Source: a virus. From it: 50,035 nucleotides of DNA. Both the position numbers and the translations under genes were made by a program. This document shows positions 35,314 to 43,713 of this stretch, piece by piece (the stretch's first letter is position 1; the number at the start of each line of letters is the position of its first letter). The notes beneath the pieces were generated by a model. The model did no database searches, was not told where the DNA came from, and worked only from the letters and a program-made list of their open reading frames with translations. The stretch is from the IMG/VR virus record IMGVR_UViG_3300022542_000276. One strand, written 5' to 3'.

Positions 35314-36490
35314 ACTTCCACTTTGTTTCAGGCATAATTACAGATCCAACTACCCTTTCTTTATACTGTAAAAGGTAAGATAGCAAAGTATGAATCTCAT
35401 GTTTGATATTAGTTGTAGGAATATAGCCTAAGCTACGAAGACCTTTAGAAGTAGGATTATAGTAGTGATTTTCATCCTCACTACGTGGATTGTCGAGGTG
35501 AGTTACAGAAGGCTTCAGGTTAAGGGATTTAGCTTTCCGTACTACAATATTGGCTAGGTTATTTAACGAGTAGGTAGACTCATACTGATTAAAGACTTGA
35601 TAGGTGCCAGGTTTAGGTGGGTTGTCTATGATAAGGTTAATGCATTGGATAGAGTCTTTAAGTGGTAAGAATCCACGCTTTTGATTTCCCGAACCGTAGA
35701 CAGTTAAAGGATGATTGATTATAGCTTGAGCACAGAATCGGTTGATTATAGTACCAAAATACTGGTCGTAGTCAAAGCGGGTTACAAGGGAAGGTTCGGT
35801 GTCGGTTAAGCCATAGACTACACCTTGCATGATATCAGTGGAAGTTAATCCCCAAGTTTTGCAGGCAAAGATAATATTATGAGTATCGTGGACTTTGGAT
35901 AGATGATAGAAAGAACCTGGAGATTTAGGAAAAGGGAGACCAGCCATAGGACACGGAGCTGTTTGGTTATCTAAAGTGGACAAGCCTAAACATTTTTTAG
36001 GTATCTCCCCTTCAGGTATGTCACAGTCAGGCGTACCATACTCGCCCATTGTGCCTAGTTTGATTAAGTGAACATCAGGACATTTTTCCTTTATAGTCCA
36101 CAGGAGATTTAAAGTACTTAGGACATTCTCACGCTGGGTGGAAGCGGCATGTTCTGAGTCGATCATAGACCAAGGTGCAGAAGGTTGTTCGGCTAGGTGG
36201 ATTATCGTGTCAGGATAGAATTCTTCAAATAAGTTATCCAAGCCAAACTTTCCAATATGGAATAGGGAATATTTAGATATATTTGCATAGTTTTTGTAAG
36301 ACTTTAAAATATTCAGTCGATCAAGTCTACAACTTATAGGAGTTAGTGAGTTAGAACCTACATCTCTAACTCTTTGCCTCCTTGTATAATTATCAATGCC
36401 TGCTACTTGATAACCTTTTTTTAACAGATGGAGAGCCAAAGACCAGCCAATATACCCATCGTAACCTAGAATTAAAACTTTCTTTTTCAT
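35312..36490 (-). CDS. sqdB: UDP-sulfoquinovose synthase homologue (SQD1/SqdB/Agl3 family, extended SDR)
   Basis: The following blocks are near-identical to plant SQD1 as I recall it: 'VLILGYDGYIGW', 'KLGTMGEYGTP', 'FYHLSKVHDTHNI', 'QGVVYG', 'NRFCAQA', 'HPLTVYGSGNQKRGFL', 'SIQCI', 'YQVFNQ', 'NPRSEDENHYYN' and 'IMPETKWK'. Length is 392 aa. Confidence 0.8.
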   Translation of the reverse strand: MKKKVLILGYDGYIGWSLALHLLKKGYQVAGIDNYTRRQRVRDVGSNSLTPISCRLDRLNILKSYKNYANISKYSLFHIGKFGLDNLFEEFYPDTIIHLAEQPSAPWSMIDSEHAASTQRENVLSTLNLLWTIKEKCPDVHLIKLGTMGEYGTPDCDIPEGEIPKKCLGLSTLDNQTAPCPMAGLPFPKSPGSFYHLSKVHDTHNIIFACKTWGLTSTDIMQGVVYGLTDTEPSLVTRFDYDQYFGTIINRFCAQAIINHPLTVYGSGNQKRGFLPLKDSIQCINLIIDNPPKPGTYQVFNQYESTYSLNNLANIVVRKAKSLNLKPSVTHLDNPRSEDENHYYNPTSKGLRSLGYIPTTNIKHEIHTLLSYLLQYKERVVGSVIMPETKWK

Positions 36491-36699
36491 ATATCTGACT
36501 TTCCTTTTTTACATAAAGTGTTTATTATAAGTTCTGCTCCTTTACTATCAATGTTTGAAATAGCTCTGAATGTAGTATCTGGAGATTCAAATTCAGATAC
36601 TAAAAGCAAAAATACTTTACCTTCAAGTATCCATTCTATAAGCTGTGCTATGTGGTTAAGTTGTTCTTCAATATTATTAGATGATTCTTGATTACACAT
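36487..36699 (-). CDS. Hypothetical protein
   Basis: 70-aa ORF with a 4-nt overlap with the SQD1-like gene. Confidence 0.5.
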   Translation of the reverse strand: MCNQESSNNIEEQLNHIAQLIEWILEGKVFLLLVSEFESPDTTFRAISNIDSKGAELIINTLCKKGKSDI

Positions 36700-36713
36700 T
36701 AGTTATTCTCCTT

Positions 36714-36848
36714 CTATTTTTTTCTTTTATCTTTTTTATGTTGACTAATTTTAATCGCAGCTAGTTGTTTTAATGCTTCTTTACGTGTTTTGTGAATTCC
36801 AGGGACATTACGTATCTTCCATCCACCTTTCACTTTATATACTGGCAT
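36714..36848 (-). CDS. Small basic protein (44 aa). The start is moved to an internal ATG.
   Basis: ATG 36848 is preceded by 'aaggaaataact'. The track start 36932 is a TTG inside the tRNA-like element. Product is MPVYKVKGGWKIRNVPG...KKDKRKK. Confidence 0.5.
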   Translation of the reverse strand: MPVYKVKGGWKIRNVPGIHKTRKEALKQLAAIKISQHKKDKRKK

Positions 36849-36873
36849 AGTTATTTCCTTTAGTTTTAAGTCT

Positions 36874-36982
36874 ATGGGAGGCAAGGATTTGCACCTTACA
36901 TACAGTTTCCATCGTGCCCGCTCTAAGGCCAAGCCGTTTTTCTGCGTGTACCTACTACGTCTACCTATTCCGCCACTCCCAT
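36874..36982 (-). other. tRNA-Leu-like element (109 nt), non-canonical
   Basis: The minus strand reads ATGGGAG-TG-GCGGAATAGGTAGACGT...TAAGG-TGCAAAT-CCTTG-C-CTCCCAT. It has a perfect 7-bp acceptor-like stem, a D-arm nearly identical to bacterial tRNA-Leu (TGGCGGAATTGGTAGACGC), and a T-arm-like hairpin. I found no foldable anticodon arm, and it is about 20 nt too long. Confidence 0.35.
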
Positions 36983-37007
36983 AGATCGTTTAATAATTAA
37001 ATGGACT
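36983..37007. repeat. 25-nt dyad element, copy 17
   Basis: agatcgtttaataattaaatggact. Directly abuts the 5' end of the tRNA-Leu-like element. Confidence 0.85.
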
Positions 37008-37012
37008 GATTG

Positions 37013-37429
37013 TTACTTCCTAATCACATACTTCTTAATAGTATTACTATCACCGTAGGTATCATCTTTCTTTACACCAAGAATAGCCCAACCAGTCATG
37101 CCAATCAAGTCATCTTCCCACGAAAAGGGACGGGAATAGTCAAGGTCGATAGCAGCAGCGAAGTTACGAAAGTCGTTGAGAGCACGGGCAAACTGTTTAA
37201 GATCAAGTTTTTCACGGTCGAGTTCCCAGAAGAAATCGTTAAACTCGATTACCATAGGATCATCAGGGATGTCGAAGACGGGTTGATACCAGGTACAGTC
37301 ATTCTTATCTGATATGCCAGAACGTACTGAGATAATTCGGAAGTTTGCCTCGGTACCTGCGGGGAGGATTTTAGGTTCTTGCGCGTCGTTGATTTCTTGT
37401 TCCATGTCTGAATAATCAGTTAAGGACAT
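37013..37429 (-). CDS. Acidic protein, DUF669-like (putative ssDNA-binding)
   Basis: 138 aa. The call rests on a remembered DUF669 pattern and its frequent pairing with AAA_24 ATPases, and is weak. Confidence 0.35.
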   Translation of the reverse strand: MSLTDYSDMEQEINDAQEPKILPAGTEANFRIISVRSGISDKNDCTWYQPVFDIPDDPMVIEFNDFFWELDREKLDLKQFARALNDFRNFAAAIDLDYSRPFSWEDDLIGMTGWAILGVKKDDTYGDSNTIKKYVIRK

Positions 37430-37480
37430 AATAGTTTACTCCTTTGTTAAGATTAAGTTAAATTTAAGTTGACTTGATTA

Positions 37481-37675
37481 TTATTCAATTGGTGAAAGTT
37501 CATTAAACAATTTATCAAACTCACCTGGTTTAAGTTTAGTAATATCATCTACACCAATTGAGGTATCCCATATAGTTCCATCTGGCAAAAATATAGCAAA
37601 TATTTCTCCTACTGGCGGAACTACACATAACGGTTTCATTATACCACCTTCTTTAATTGTATACATTAGTCTCAT
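37481..37675 (-). CDS. Hypothetical protein
   Basis: 64-aa ORF with an AAGGAG SD. Confidence 0.55.
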   Translation of the reverse strand: MRLMYTIKEGGIMKPLCVVPPVGEIFAIFLPDGTIWDTSIGVDDITKLKPGEFDKLFNELSPIE

Positions 37676-37710
37676 GATAGTTACTCCTTTGATTTAGATT
37701 GATATTGATG

Positions 37711-38028
37711 TTAATCTTTAACTTCTTCATATGTAGAGTTAAATATATCAGGCTTACATGGATATATTTCACCTTGTATACCTCTGATAATATAATCGTT
37801 AAAGGTTATCTTATGTACTCCTCCAAGTGTTCCACAAACTAATTCGTTTGCAGATTTTTGTCCAGGTGGTATTGGTGCATCTGGATTAATCCATAAAGAA
37901 TTTTCGCCTGGCTCTCTTTGCCATGCTTCATGTAACCATTGAGGCCAGTCTAAGTTATCCCAACGACGTTCTAAGGTCATTTGGAAAGCTTCAACAATGA
38001 TTGGTCTTTTTCTAAATAGATAGTTCAT
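37711..38028 (-). CDS. Hypothetical protein
   Basis: 105-aa ORF with an AAGGAG SD and an ATGA overlap with the upstream small ORF. Confidence 0.6.
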   Translation of the reverse strand: MNYLFRKRPIIVEAFQMTLERRWDNLDWPQWLHEAWQREPGENSLWINPDAPIPPGQKSANELVCGTLGGVHKITFNDYIIRGIQGEIYPCKPDIFNSTYEEVKD

Positions 38029-38180
38029 TTAATCTCCTTTGATTTAGATTTATCTTTGTTAATTATAAATTCATAGTATTTTTTTGCAGCTTCTAACACT
38101 TCATATAACGGTTTACCGTTATTTGACTTAAGTGCAAGATCTAAAGCTACAATCCTTACTTGTCTATCTGAATTTTCCAA
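38025..38180 (-). CDS. Small ORF (51 aa, TTG start), not in the ORF track
   Basis: 'aaaggaggtacac' precedes TTG 38180. Product is (M)ENSDRQVRIVALDLALKSNNGKPLYEVLEAAKKYYEFIINKDKSKSKEIK*. Its stop overlaps ATG 38028 (ATGA). Confidence 0.45.
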   Translation of the reverse strand: MENSDRQVRIVALDLALKSNNGKPLYEVLEAAKKYYEFIINKDKSKSKEIK

Positions 38181-38206
38181 GTGTACCTCCTTTAAATAAG
38201 TTAATG

Positions 38207-38413
38207 TTAAACTTTATTTTCATCTAGTTTATGATCACCACACCAGTCAGTTTCAAAAACAACTGAGTAACCATTCATTGTTGGAGCATGTCGTCTGCAT
38301 CTTCCAATCGGTGTAGTGTTTTCACTGTTTTCATTTTTACTTTTCATTACAAACCACATACATGAATGGCATCCCATGCCTTTACTTCTGTGTTTCCAAG
38401 GATCTTTTGACAT
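38207..38413 (-). CDS. Small Cys-rich (Zn-binding?) protein
   Basis: 68 aa with 'CHSCMWF...CRRH...C'. Confidence 0.55.
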   Translation of the reverse strand: MSKDPWKHRSKGMGCHSCMWFVMKSKNENSENTTPIGRCRRHAPTMNGYSVVFETDWCGDHKLDENKV

Positions 38414-38432
38414 AATTACTTCCTTTAATTTT

Positions 38433-38457
38433 AGATCGTTTGATTATCAAACGGTCT
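38433..38457. repeat. 25-nt dyad element, copy 18 (paired inner substitutions)
   Basis: agatcgtttgattatcaaacggtct. Both arms carry TTTGAT/ATCAAA instead of TTTAAT/ATTAAA. Confidence 0.85.
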
Positions 38458-38465
38458 GGTTTTAG

Positions 38466-38747
38466 TTAAATTTCCATTCGGTCATTGATGCTGTTTAATA
38501 TTTCTGTGAGTGTTTTTACTTTACTTACCTGACTTAAGATATATCCAGATAGTTCACAAGATGGTTCTTTTTCTGTTCCGTCTCTTTCTAATGGGTTAGC
38601 TGAACTACATACCCTTGTAGTCTTTTCATTTAGTCTTGAGACTGATGCATCTAATCTATCAATTGCATTAGATAACTCATCCATAGTAATCCATACCTCA
38701 CCAGGCTTTTCAGGTGTTTTAGCTGTTCCTGCGTTTCCTTCATTCAT
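38466..38747 (-). CDS. Hypothetical protein
   Basis: 93-aa ORF with an AAGGAG SD. Confidence 0.55.
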   Translation of the reverse strand: MNEGNAGTAKTPEKPGEVWITMDELSNAIDRLDASVSRLNEKTTRVCSSANPLERDGTEKEPSCELSGYILSQVSKVKTLTEILNSINDRMEI

Positions 38748-38765
38748 AGGTAATTCTCCTTTGTT

Positions 38766-38790
38766 AGTTTGTTTATTAATTAAACGATCT
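38766..38790. repeat. 25-nt dyad element, copy 19 (degenerate left arm)
   Basis: agtttgtttattaattaaacgatct. Confidence 0.7.
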
Positions 38791-38792
38791 TG

Positions 38793-39602
38793 TTAAATTT
38801 CTAACTTAGGCTTATCCTTCCATGGTAAGCCTATCTTTTTAAGTAACTTCTTAATATCTGGATCTTCTGTATGTGAAAGTTTGCCATTAGACTTAAGGCG
38901 TGAACGGGCAAGATATTTGCCTTGAGCTTCAACTAACATTTCACGTTTTACAGGAGTACCCTTGCCAAGTAGTACATATAGTTCATCAAATTGCAAAGGG
39001 ATAGTTAGTAGTGCATTACCAGTGATGTTAAGACGGTATTTTTCAACTTTAATAGGCACACCATCTTTAGTCATACCTATTGTGTCCTCAGTTTCGCGAA
39101 GATGTGCAAGGAGAAAGAAGTCAGCTTTGAGTGACATTAGACGCTTGATCTTATTAACAATTTTTACTTTAGTAGGATTATAATCTCGACGATGCATAGG
39201 AACTTCACCTGCACGGCCTGCAAGTTTCATAGTATAGTTCATAACTGCATCATTGAACATAGAAAGGTCAAGTGCATAAGTGCCAAATAAGTCAAAGTAG
39301 CCTGTCTGAATACGGAGTTCAGTACTCTTTTCCCATTCAGCATAGACGGTAGGATTGTAAGGGTCTTCATTTTCCCAGCGAGTATCGGCTGTAATATCAC
39401 CTTTATCTATCCAAGGCTTAAGGCATTTAGTCCCACCAGGATCGAAGGAATCTATATGGACAGGAAAGCGAGCAGTAGAAAGTAGGTAAGTCTTACCACT
39501 ACCAATATCGCCAGAGATTATAGCACTAAAGCGCTTTTGTAAAGGGTCGTTAGCGTAATATTCACGTACTCGAAGGAGTTCTTTTTTAGAGTCGTAGGGC
39601 AT
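38793..39602 (-). CDS. RecA-like ATPase (AAA_24 / Sak4-like)
   Basis: Walker A 'GDIGSGKTYLL' and a Walker B-like 'DFFLLAHL'. 269 aa. Confidence 0.55.
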   Translation of the reverse strand: MPYDSKKELLRVREYYANDPLQKRFSAIISGDIGSGKTYLLSTARFPVHIDSFDPGGTKCLKPWIDKGDITADTRWENEDPYNPTVYAEWEKSTELRIQTGYFDLFGTYALDLSMFNDAVMNYTMKLAGRAGEVPMHRRDYNPTKVKIVNKIKRLMSLKADFFLLAHLRETEDTIGMTKDGVPIKVEKYRLNITGNALLTIPLQFDELYVLLGKGTPVKREMLVEAQGKYLARSRLKSNGKLSHTEDPDIKKLLKKIGLPWKDKPKLEI

Positions 39603-39604
39603 GA

Positions 39605-40588
39605 TTATTTATCTCCTTGCCACTTAAGATCTTTTTTATGTGTAGTTTGCATAGCTGCGGGATTCCAGAAGCTTTGAACATAACCCAAAGGTGGCTCATG
39701 TGCTTGGCGTAAAGGATTATCCCAGGACATGCAGAAATCGTGATAGGTGCACCCTCTGTATTTAGAACAACTGCCGGAATCCATAGGAAAGGCCATTAGC
39801 ACAGAGTCTGAATCTTTGCATGAAGATAACTTATCCATTTCCATCTCAAGTTTGTCATACAAGTCATTTACAGTCCATAGCCACACATTCATCTGTTCAG
39901 GAGTTTTCCAAGCAGGGACTCGTTTAAAGTTGATATGATAACCTTGGGCTCTAGCCCTGCCTCCACGAGGTAGGTAGTGGAAAGAAGTGCCACAGAATTC
40001 TATACCAATTACTTGTTCAATAGGATACATGCAGTAAAGGCAGTGTGTATAAGTGCCGTTTTGAAGACCTAGGAAGAAACTGTCTGCCCACCAAGGGTAA
40101 TCCATAGATCGTTCAGTAGCTGACTTATGATCCCAAGAGAATATCTTTCCATCTTCACACCGTTCCAAGACAGAGTCCATTCGATAGTGGAGAACCCGAG
40201 ATTCGTCAATAGGTACTGTGCCAGAAGTTTCAGTATATAGTAGTTTGTTATCAACCAAGTCACGCGGTCGCTCGTTAGCAAACTTTGTAAGTGCCATTGC
40301 TACAGCTATAGGATCTTTGGGCCGGAATAGTTCGTCGGTGCTTTCGGAAAACTTGGAACGGTAAAAGTCTAAAAATTTAAGATAAGCCCCCTTAACATCA
40401 TCGTAGCCGTTAATAAGTTGATGTTCCCTTGCTCTGTGCCAAGATTCACCAAAGTGCAAATCATGTTCGGGACGATCTGGACGCCAACCTAATATGTATT
40501 GATAGAAGTACTGTCTAGGGCAAGTAGCGAAGCAAGTAAGTTTGGAGGAATCTATGATGGAGTGAGTTGGATGACTAGGTAGTTGCAT
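39605..40588 (-). CDS. PD-(D/E)xK nuclease, Cas4/RecB-like with a Cys cluster
   Basis: N-terminal 'FATCPRQYFY', 'D...FSWDHKS', and C-terminal 'CSKYRGCTYHDFC'. The start is moved to ATG 40588, which is preceded by 'ggagataaggaag'. Confidence 0.6.
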   Translation of the reverse strand: MQLPSHPTHSIIDSSKLTCFATCPRQYFYQYILGWRPDRPEHDLHFGESWHRAREHQLINGYDDVKGAYLKFLDFYRSKFSESTDELFRPKDPIAVAMALTKFANERPRDLVDNKLLYTETSGTVPIDESRVLHYRMDSVLERCEDGKIFSWDHKSATERSMDYPWWADSFFLGLQNGTYTHCLYCMYPIEQVIGIEFCGTSFHYLPRGGRARAQGYHINFKRVPAWKTPEQMNVWLWTVNDLYDKLEMEMDKLSSCKDSDSVLMAFPMDSGSCSKYRGCTYHDFCMSWDNPLRQAHEPPLGYVQSFWNPAAMQTTHKKDLKWQGDK

Positions 40589-40772
40589 CTTCCTTATCTC
40601 CTTTTCCTTTAAATATAGTCCCAGGCCCTTTATCCCAGTCCATTTGATCTTCATGTCCAGGACAGCAATCTTTAGGGAAGAAACTTTCATAATGCTCACT
40701 ATAATAGGGACTTCCTAAGTGTGAACCTTTAGTACATCCACAGTTTACACATACTTCTTTTAATTTATCCAT
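40575..40772 (-). CDS. Small Cys/His-rich protein
   Basis: 'CVNCGC...H...CCPGH'. The start is placed at ATG 40772 rather than the track's TTG 40781. Confidence 0.5.
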   Translation of the reverse strand: MDKLKEVCVNCGCTKGSHLGSPYYSEHYESFFPKDCCPGHEDQMDWDKGPGTIFKGKGDKEDATT

Positions 40773-40959
40773 CTTTATCAATCTCCTTTAATAAATGTAA
40801 ATCAAGTAATTCTTGAGTTAGTAAAAGAATACAGTCTGCTAAGGCTATTCTCCCTAAATGAGTAATAGTAGCATCTATTGTACCTTCAACAGGCTTACTA
40901 TTAACAACTTTAAGCGCTCCCTTTCTCCATTTAGTAAGCTTTCGTTTAGACAAAGTCAT
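40765..40959 (-). CDS. Hypothetical protein
   Basis: 64-aa ORF. Confidence 0.5.
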   Translation of the reverse strand: MTLSKRKLTKWRKGALKVVNSKPVEGTIDATITHLGRIALADCILLLTQELLDLHLLKEIDKDG

Positions 40960-40973
40960 CTTTGTTACCTCCT

Positions 40974-41162
40974 TTAAGGTTCAAATGTGTATAACTTATA
41001 ATCATCAGGCTTTCCCATAAAATAGTCAGGTGATGTAGAGCCTCCAAATTTTTGGTTTAGTTCCTCTACAATACACTTAACATAATAATCAGGGACATTT
41101 TCTGCTATAAGTTCATCTGAAATATCTTCCCTATCAAAGTTATCTACTTTAATTATCTTCAT
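40974..41162 (-). CDS. Hypothetical acidic protein
   Basis: 62-aa ORF. Confidence 0.5.
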   Translation of the reverse strand: MKIIKVDNFDREDISDELIAENVPDYYVKCIVEELNQKFGGSTSPDYFMGKPDDYKLYTFEP

Positions 41163-41449
41163 ATTACAAGATTCCTTTCTATATAGTTACCTTTTTTGTA
41201 CAATAATAGGTTTAAACATCCATGTAGTTTAGCAAAGATACTGCATGCTATGGCATTCATCACGTTCAAGGAACATAAGACAATGTAATCCTCCGGTTCA
41301 GAATATTTAAGAATGGAGTTAAACTGTCTATGTATATTGTTAGTAGCATATCTGTCCATTAAGCCTTCAGACAGATACACTACCTCACCGTATTGTTTAG
41401 TAGCATTAAAGTTATGAGCTGATTTGTTAATAATGAAGACCTTTGACAT
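41159..41449 (-). CDS. Hypothetical protein
   Basis: 96-aa ORF with a 4-nt overlap. Confidence 0.55.
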   Translation of the reverse strand: MSKVFIINKSAHNFNATKQYGEVVYLSEGLMDRYATNNIHRQFNSILKYSEPEDYIVLCSLNVMNAIACSIFAKLHGCLNLLLYKKGNYIERNLVI

Positions 41450-41451
41450 AG

Positions 41452-41829
41452 TTAATCCTTTCCAGGTTTAGACTTTACAGCATCCAAGATGCCAGGCGGA
41501 GCTATGGTATTATCTCGGATTAAGTCCTTCGATCGTTTATCACCTGAGTTAGGGGTTAGTAAAGGATTGATAGTAGGTTTTTTATTCAGTTCGTTTGATT
41601 TTTGAACGAACTTGAAATCGTTAAATAGTTTATCAAGATCACTTTTGGGCTTGCCAGGATCGGGACGAGTAAGAAGTTCATTATTTATATCTTTGAATGG
41701 ATAATCAGGATGTTCATCAGGGCAGGAGTGAGGGGCTATGACAAGGATTACCTTTTGTTGTTTAGGTAAGGCTTTGTGCAGGATGGTTAGTTCAGTTCCG
41801 CACTCAGCGCAGAAGATTTGACGGCTCAT
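41452..41829 (-). CDS. Hypothetical protein with an N-terminal Zn-ribbon-like motif
   Basis: 'CAECGTEL...HSCPDEH'. 125 aa. Confidence 0.55.
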   Translation of the reverse strand: MSRQIFCAECGTELTILHKALPKQQKVILVIAPHSCPDEHPDYPFKDINNELLTRPDPGKPKSDLDKLFNDFKFVQKSNELNKKPTINPLLTPNSGDKRSKDLIRDNTIAPPGILDAVKSKPGKD

Positions 41830-41981
41830 TGATTCCTCCTTGTTCTTGTTAGTAATACAGATACCAGATTCATATCTCCGATGCTAAATCCATGTATAGT
41901 TATAACATAGTCATGCTTCCACTGATTTAAAGTTTTTTGTACTTCAATTTTAGCGCCTAATAATACTTTCCATTCAGTCAT
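41826..41981 (-). CDS. Small ORF (51 aa). The start is moved to an internal ATG.
   Basis: ATG 41981 is preceded by 'aaggagaaatcta'. This avoids the out-of-frame overlap with the Zn-ribbon ORF 41974..42150. Confidence 0.4.
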   Translation of the reverse strand: MTEWKVLLGAKIEVQKTLNQWKHDYVITIHGFSIGDMNLVSVLLTRTRRNQ

Positions 41982-42150
41982 TAGATTTCTCCTTTTTGCA
42001 GTCTGGACAGATTCTTGAATATCCTGGAGGATTTTCAAAGAAATCATCCAACTTCTTTTTATCTTTCCAATACTTTTCTATCTCTGGCATCCACTGACCA
42101 CAGATTGAACAGGTTATCCCATTTAGTATATCCTGTGTAGCCTCTCCCAT
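41974..42150 (-). CDS. Zn-ribbon protein (58 aa), not in the ORF track
   Basis: Product is MGEATQDILNGITCSICGQWMPEIEKYWKDKKKLDDFFENPPGYSRICPDCKKEKSND*. It has a CxxC...CxxC pair, and its ATG shares one nt with the upstream stop (TAATG). Confidence 0.5.
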   Translation of the reverse strand: MGEATQDILNGITCSICGQWMPEIEKYWKDKKKLDDFFENPPGYSRICPDCKKEKSND

Positions 42151-42455
42151 TATTTATTTTCTTTGATAATAACTTTGATTCGTTCCCATGGTTTAGCTGA
42201 GGGATCAAGTTCAGTAATAGTACAAGTTAACCCTTCATCAATAATCAAAGCAGCGCCGACTTCAGCTGCAAATTTAGCTGGAACGTATCCTATCATACAA
42301 TCATCTTTTAACCTGGCAAACTTTAATGCTATTGCATTAGCATCGAATCTGTTATCAGGTTCGGGAACCATCTTGAGAACTGTACCTTTCTTTAATTCAT
42401 CTATTACCTCATCTGACTTGTGGTGCTGAACTCCTGCAATGTAAAATTCACGCAT
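42150..42455 (-). CDS. HIRAN-domain protein
   Basis: 'FYIAGVQHH...EPDNRFDANAIAL...IGYVP' matches the HIRAN signature as remembered. Confidence 0.55.
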   Translation of the reverse strand: MREFYIAGVQHHKSDEVIDELKKGTVLKMVPEPDNRFDANAIALKFARLKDDCMIGYVPAKFAAEVGAALIIDEGLTCTITELDPSAKPWERIKVIIKENK

Positions 42456-42515
42456 CTTACTTCTCCTTTGTTAATAGTTATGACTTACATTCCTGTATCA
42501 GGAAATAAATTTGTT

Positions 42516-42540
42516 AGTCTGTTAAATAATTAAACGATCT
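42516..42540. repeat. 25-nt dyad element, copy 20 (degenerate left arm)
   Basis: agtctgttaaataattaaacgatct. A 6-bp hairpin ttcctg-tat-caggaa lies at 42490-42504 nearby. Confidence 0.75.
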
Positions 42541-42544
42541 ATTA

Positions 42545-42823
42545 TTAAATACTAGACTTACCAGTCTTGTCCACCAAGCCCCATTTCTGCATTATGTAGT
42601 TGAACTCTTGCTTACCATATGGAACTTTAGAGTCTTTACACAAAGCAATGCAATTCTCAGCATTCATGCCCAAGCATTCACAATGACATGCCATAGCTCG
42701 AGAGTTAAGATCGAGGATCTGCATTTGAGCCTTAGCAGCCATTACTTGTACTTTTTGCATCAGGGAAGGATCGGTAGCGTTGATAGTGTCGTCAAAGTTA
42801 TTGATAATTTCGCTAGCTTTCAT
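42545..42823 (-). CDS. Hypothetical Cys-rich protein
   Basis: 92-aa ORF with 'ACHCECLGMNAENCIALC'. Confidence 0.55.
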   Translation of the reverse strand: MKASEIINNFDDTINATDPSLMQKVQVMAAKAQMQILDLNSRAMACHCECLGMNAENCIALCKDSKVPYGKQEFNYIMQKWGLVDKTGKSSI

Positions 42824-42853
42824 AAGTTTTCTCCTTTGTTTAAGTTATTTATA

Positions 42854-43711
42854 CTAATCCTTCAGTCCATGGACTATTAGGTCAAAACAGCCTTTAGGTA
42901 TCTTTTTATTGGAAAGATGTTGATAGTAAACTGTAGCATCTAAACCTTGAAGTATCATCCTGTGCTCCCATAAGTAAGAGCGATCTTGATCATTTAACCC
43001 AGCTGAGACGTTAAAAGTGTCGCCTGTCTGACTTGACAGTGTTAGAGAGCCTATCCTACCTTTGGGCACACCATCTTTGGAAATCTCTTCATTCCAGTTT
43101 ACTATCATATAGGTGTCTGAGCACCTAGGTTTGAATTTCATAAGAAATGTAGATCTTTTGTGTTCGTAGAAGTTATTAAGATGTCTGATGATGATGCCTT
43201 CATAACCTTGCAGGATCAACTTGTCATAAATCTTCTTGATCTGGCTTAGATTTTCACATATCCAGAATGGGGCTACTTTGATATAAGGTAAGTTTAACTT
43301 AGCTATCTTAGTCAAAGTTATCAATCGTTCAAGTTGAGGCCTTTTACTTTCTATATCGAATAAGTGATATTCTAATTCAAGGTGCCTAGGATGTAAATTT
43401 ATCGTGCGGGAAGCTACCGAGTGAATTAGTTCGTGACCACCTTCGAGGTTAAGTTTGTGTGAGTATAGTTCACCATCGAGTATTAGATCTAAGTTAGAAT
43501 CGGCCAAGGATTTTTGGATGTGAGGGATGGAGAAGTAAGGATTTTCTTCAGATGTTAGAAGTAGATAATTTGTAGATTCTTTTATAGGATAAGCTTTACA
43601 ACGGTCTCCATCGTATTTAGGTTGAACAATGTAAGGAGGTTGCCATTTAGCTAAGCGCTTTTCTTCAAAAGGCACACATTTCATTATCCCAGACCATCTT
43701 TGCCAGGCCAC
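42854..43711 (-). CDS. ATP-dependent DNA ligase
   Basis: Motif I 'QPKYDGDR' (KxDG), 'EGIIIR' (motif IV) and 'LMKFKP' (motif V). 285 aa. Confidence 0.8.
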   Translation of the reverse strand: MAWQRWSGIMKCVPFEEKRLAKWQPPYIVQPKYDGDRCKAYPIKESTNYLLLTSEENPYFSIPHIQKSLADSNLDLILDGELYSHKLNLEGGHELIHSVASRTINLHPRHLELEYHLFDIESKRPQLERLITLTKIAKLNLPYIKVAPFWICENLSQIKKIYDKLILQGYEGIIIRHLNNFYEHKRSTFLMKFKPRCSDTYMIVNWNEEISKDGVPKGRIGSLTLSSQTGDTFNVSAGLNDQDRSYLWEHRMILQGLDATVYYQHLSNKKIPKGCFDLIVHGLKD

Positions 43712-43713
43712 AA

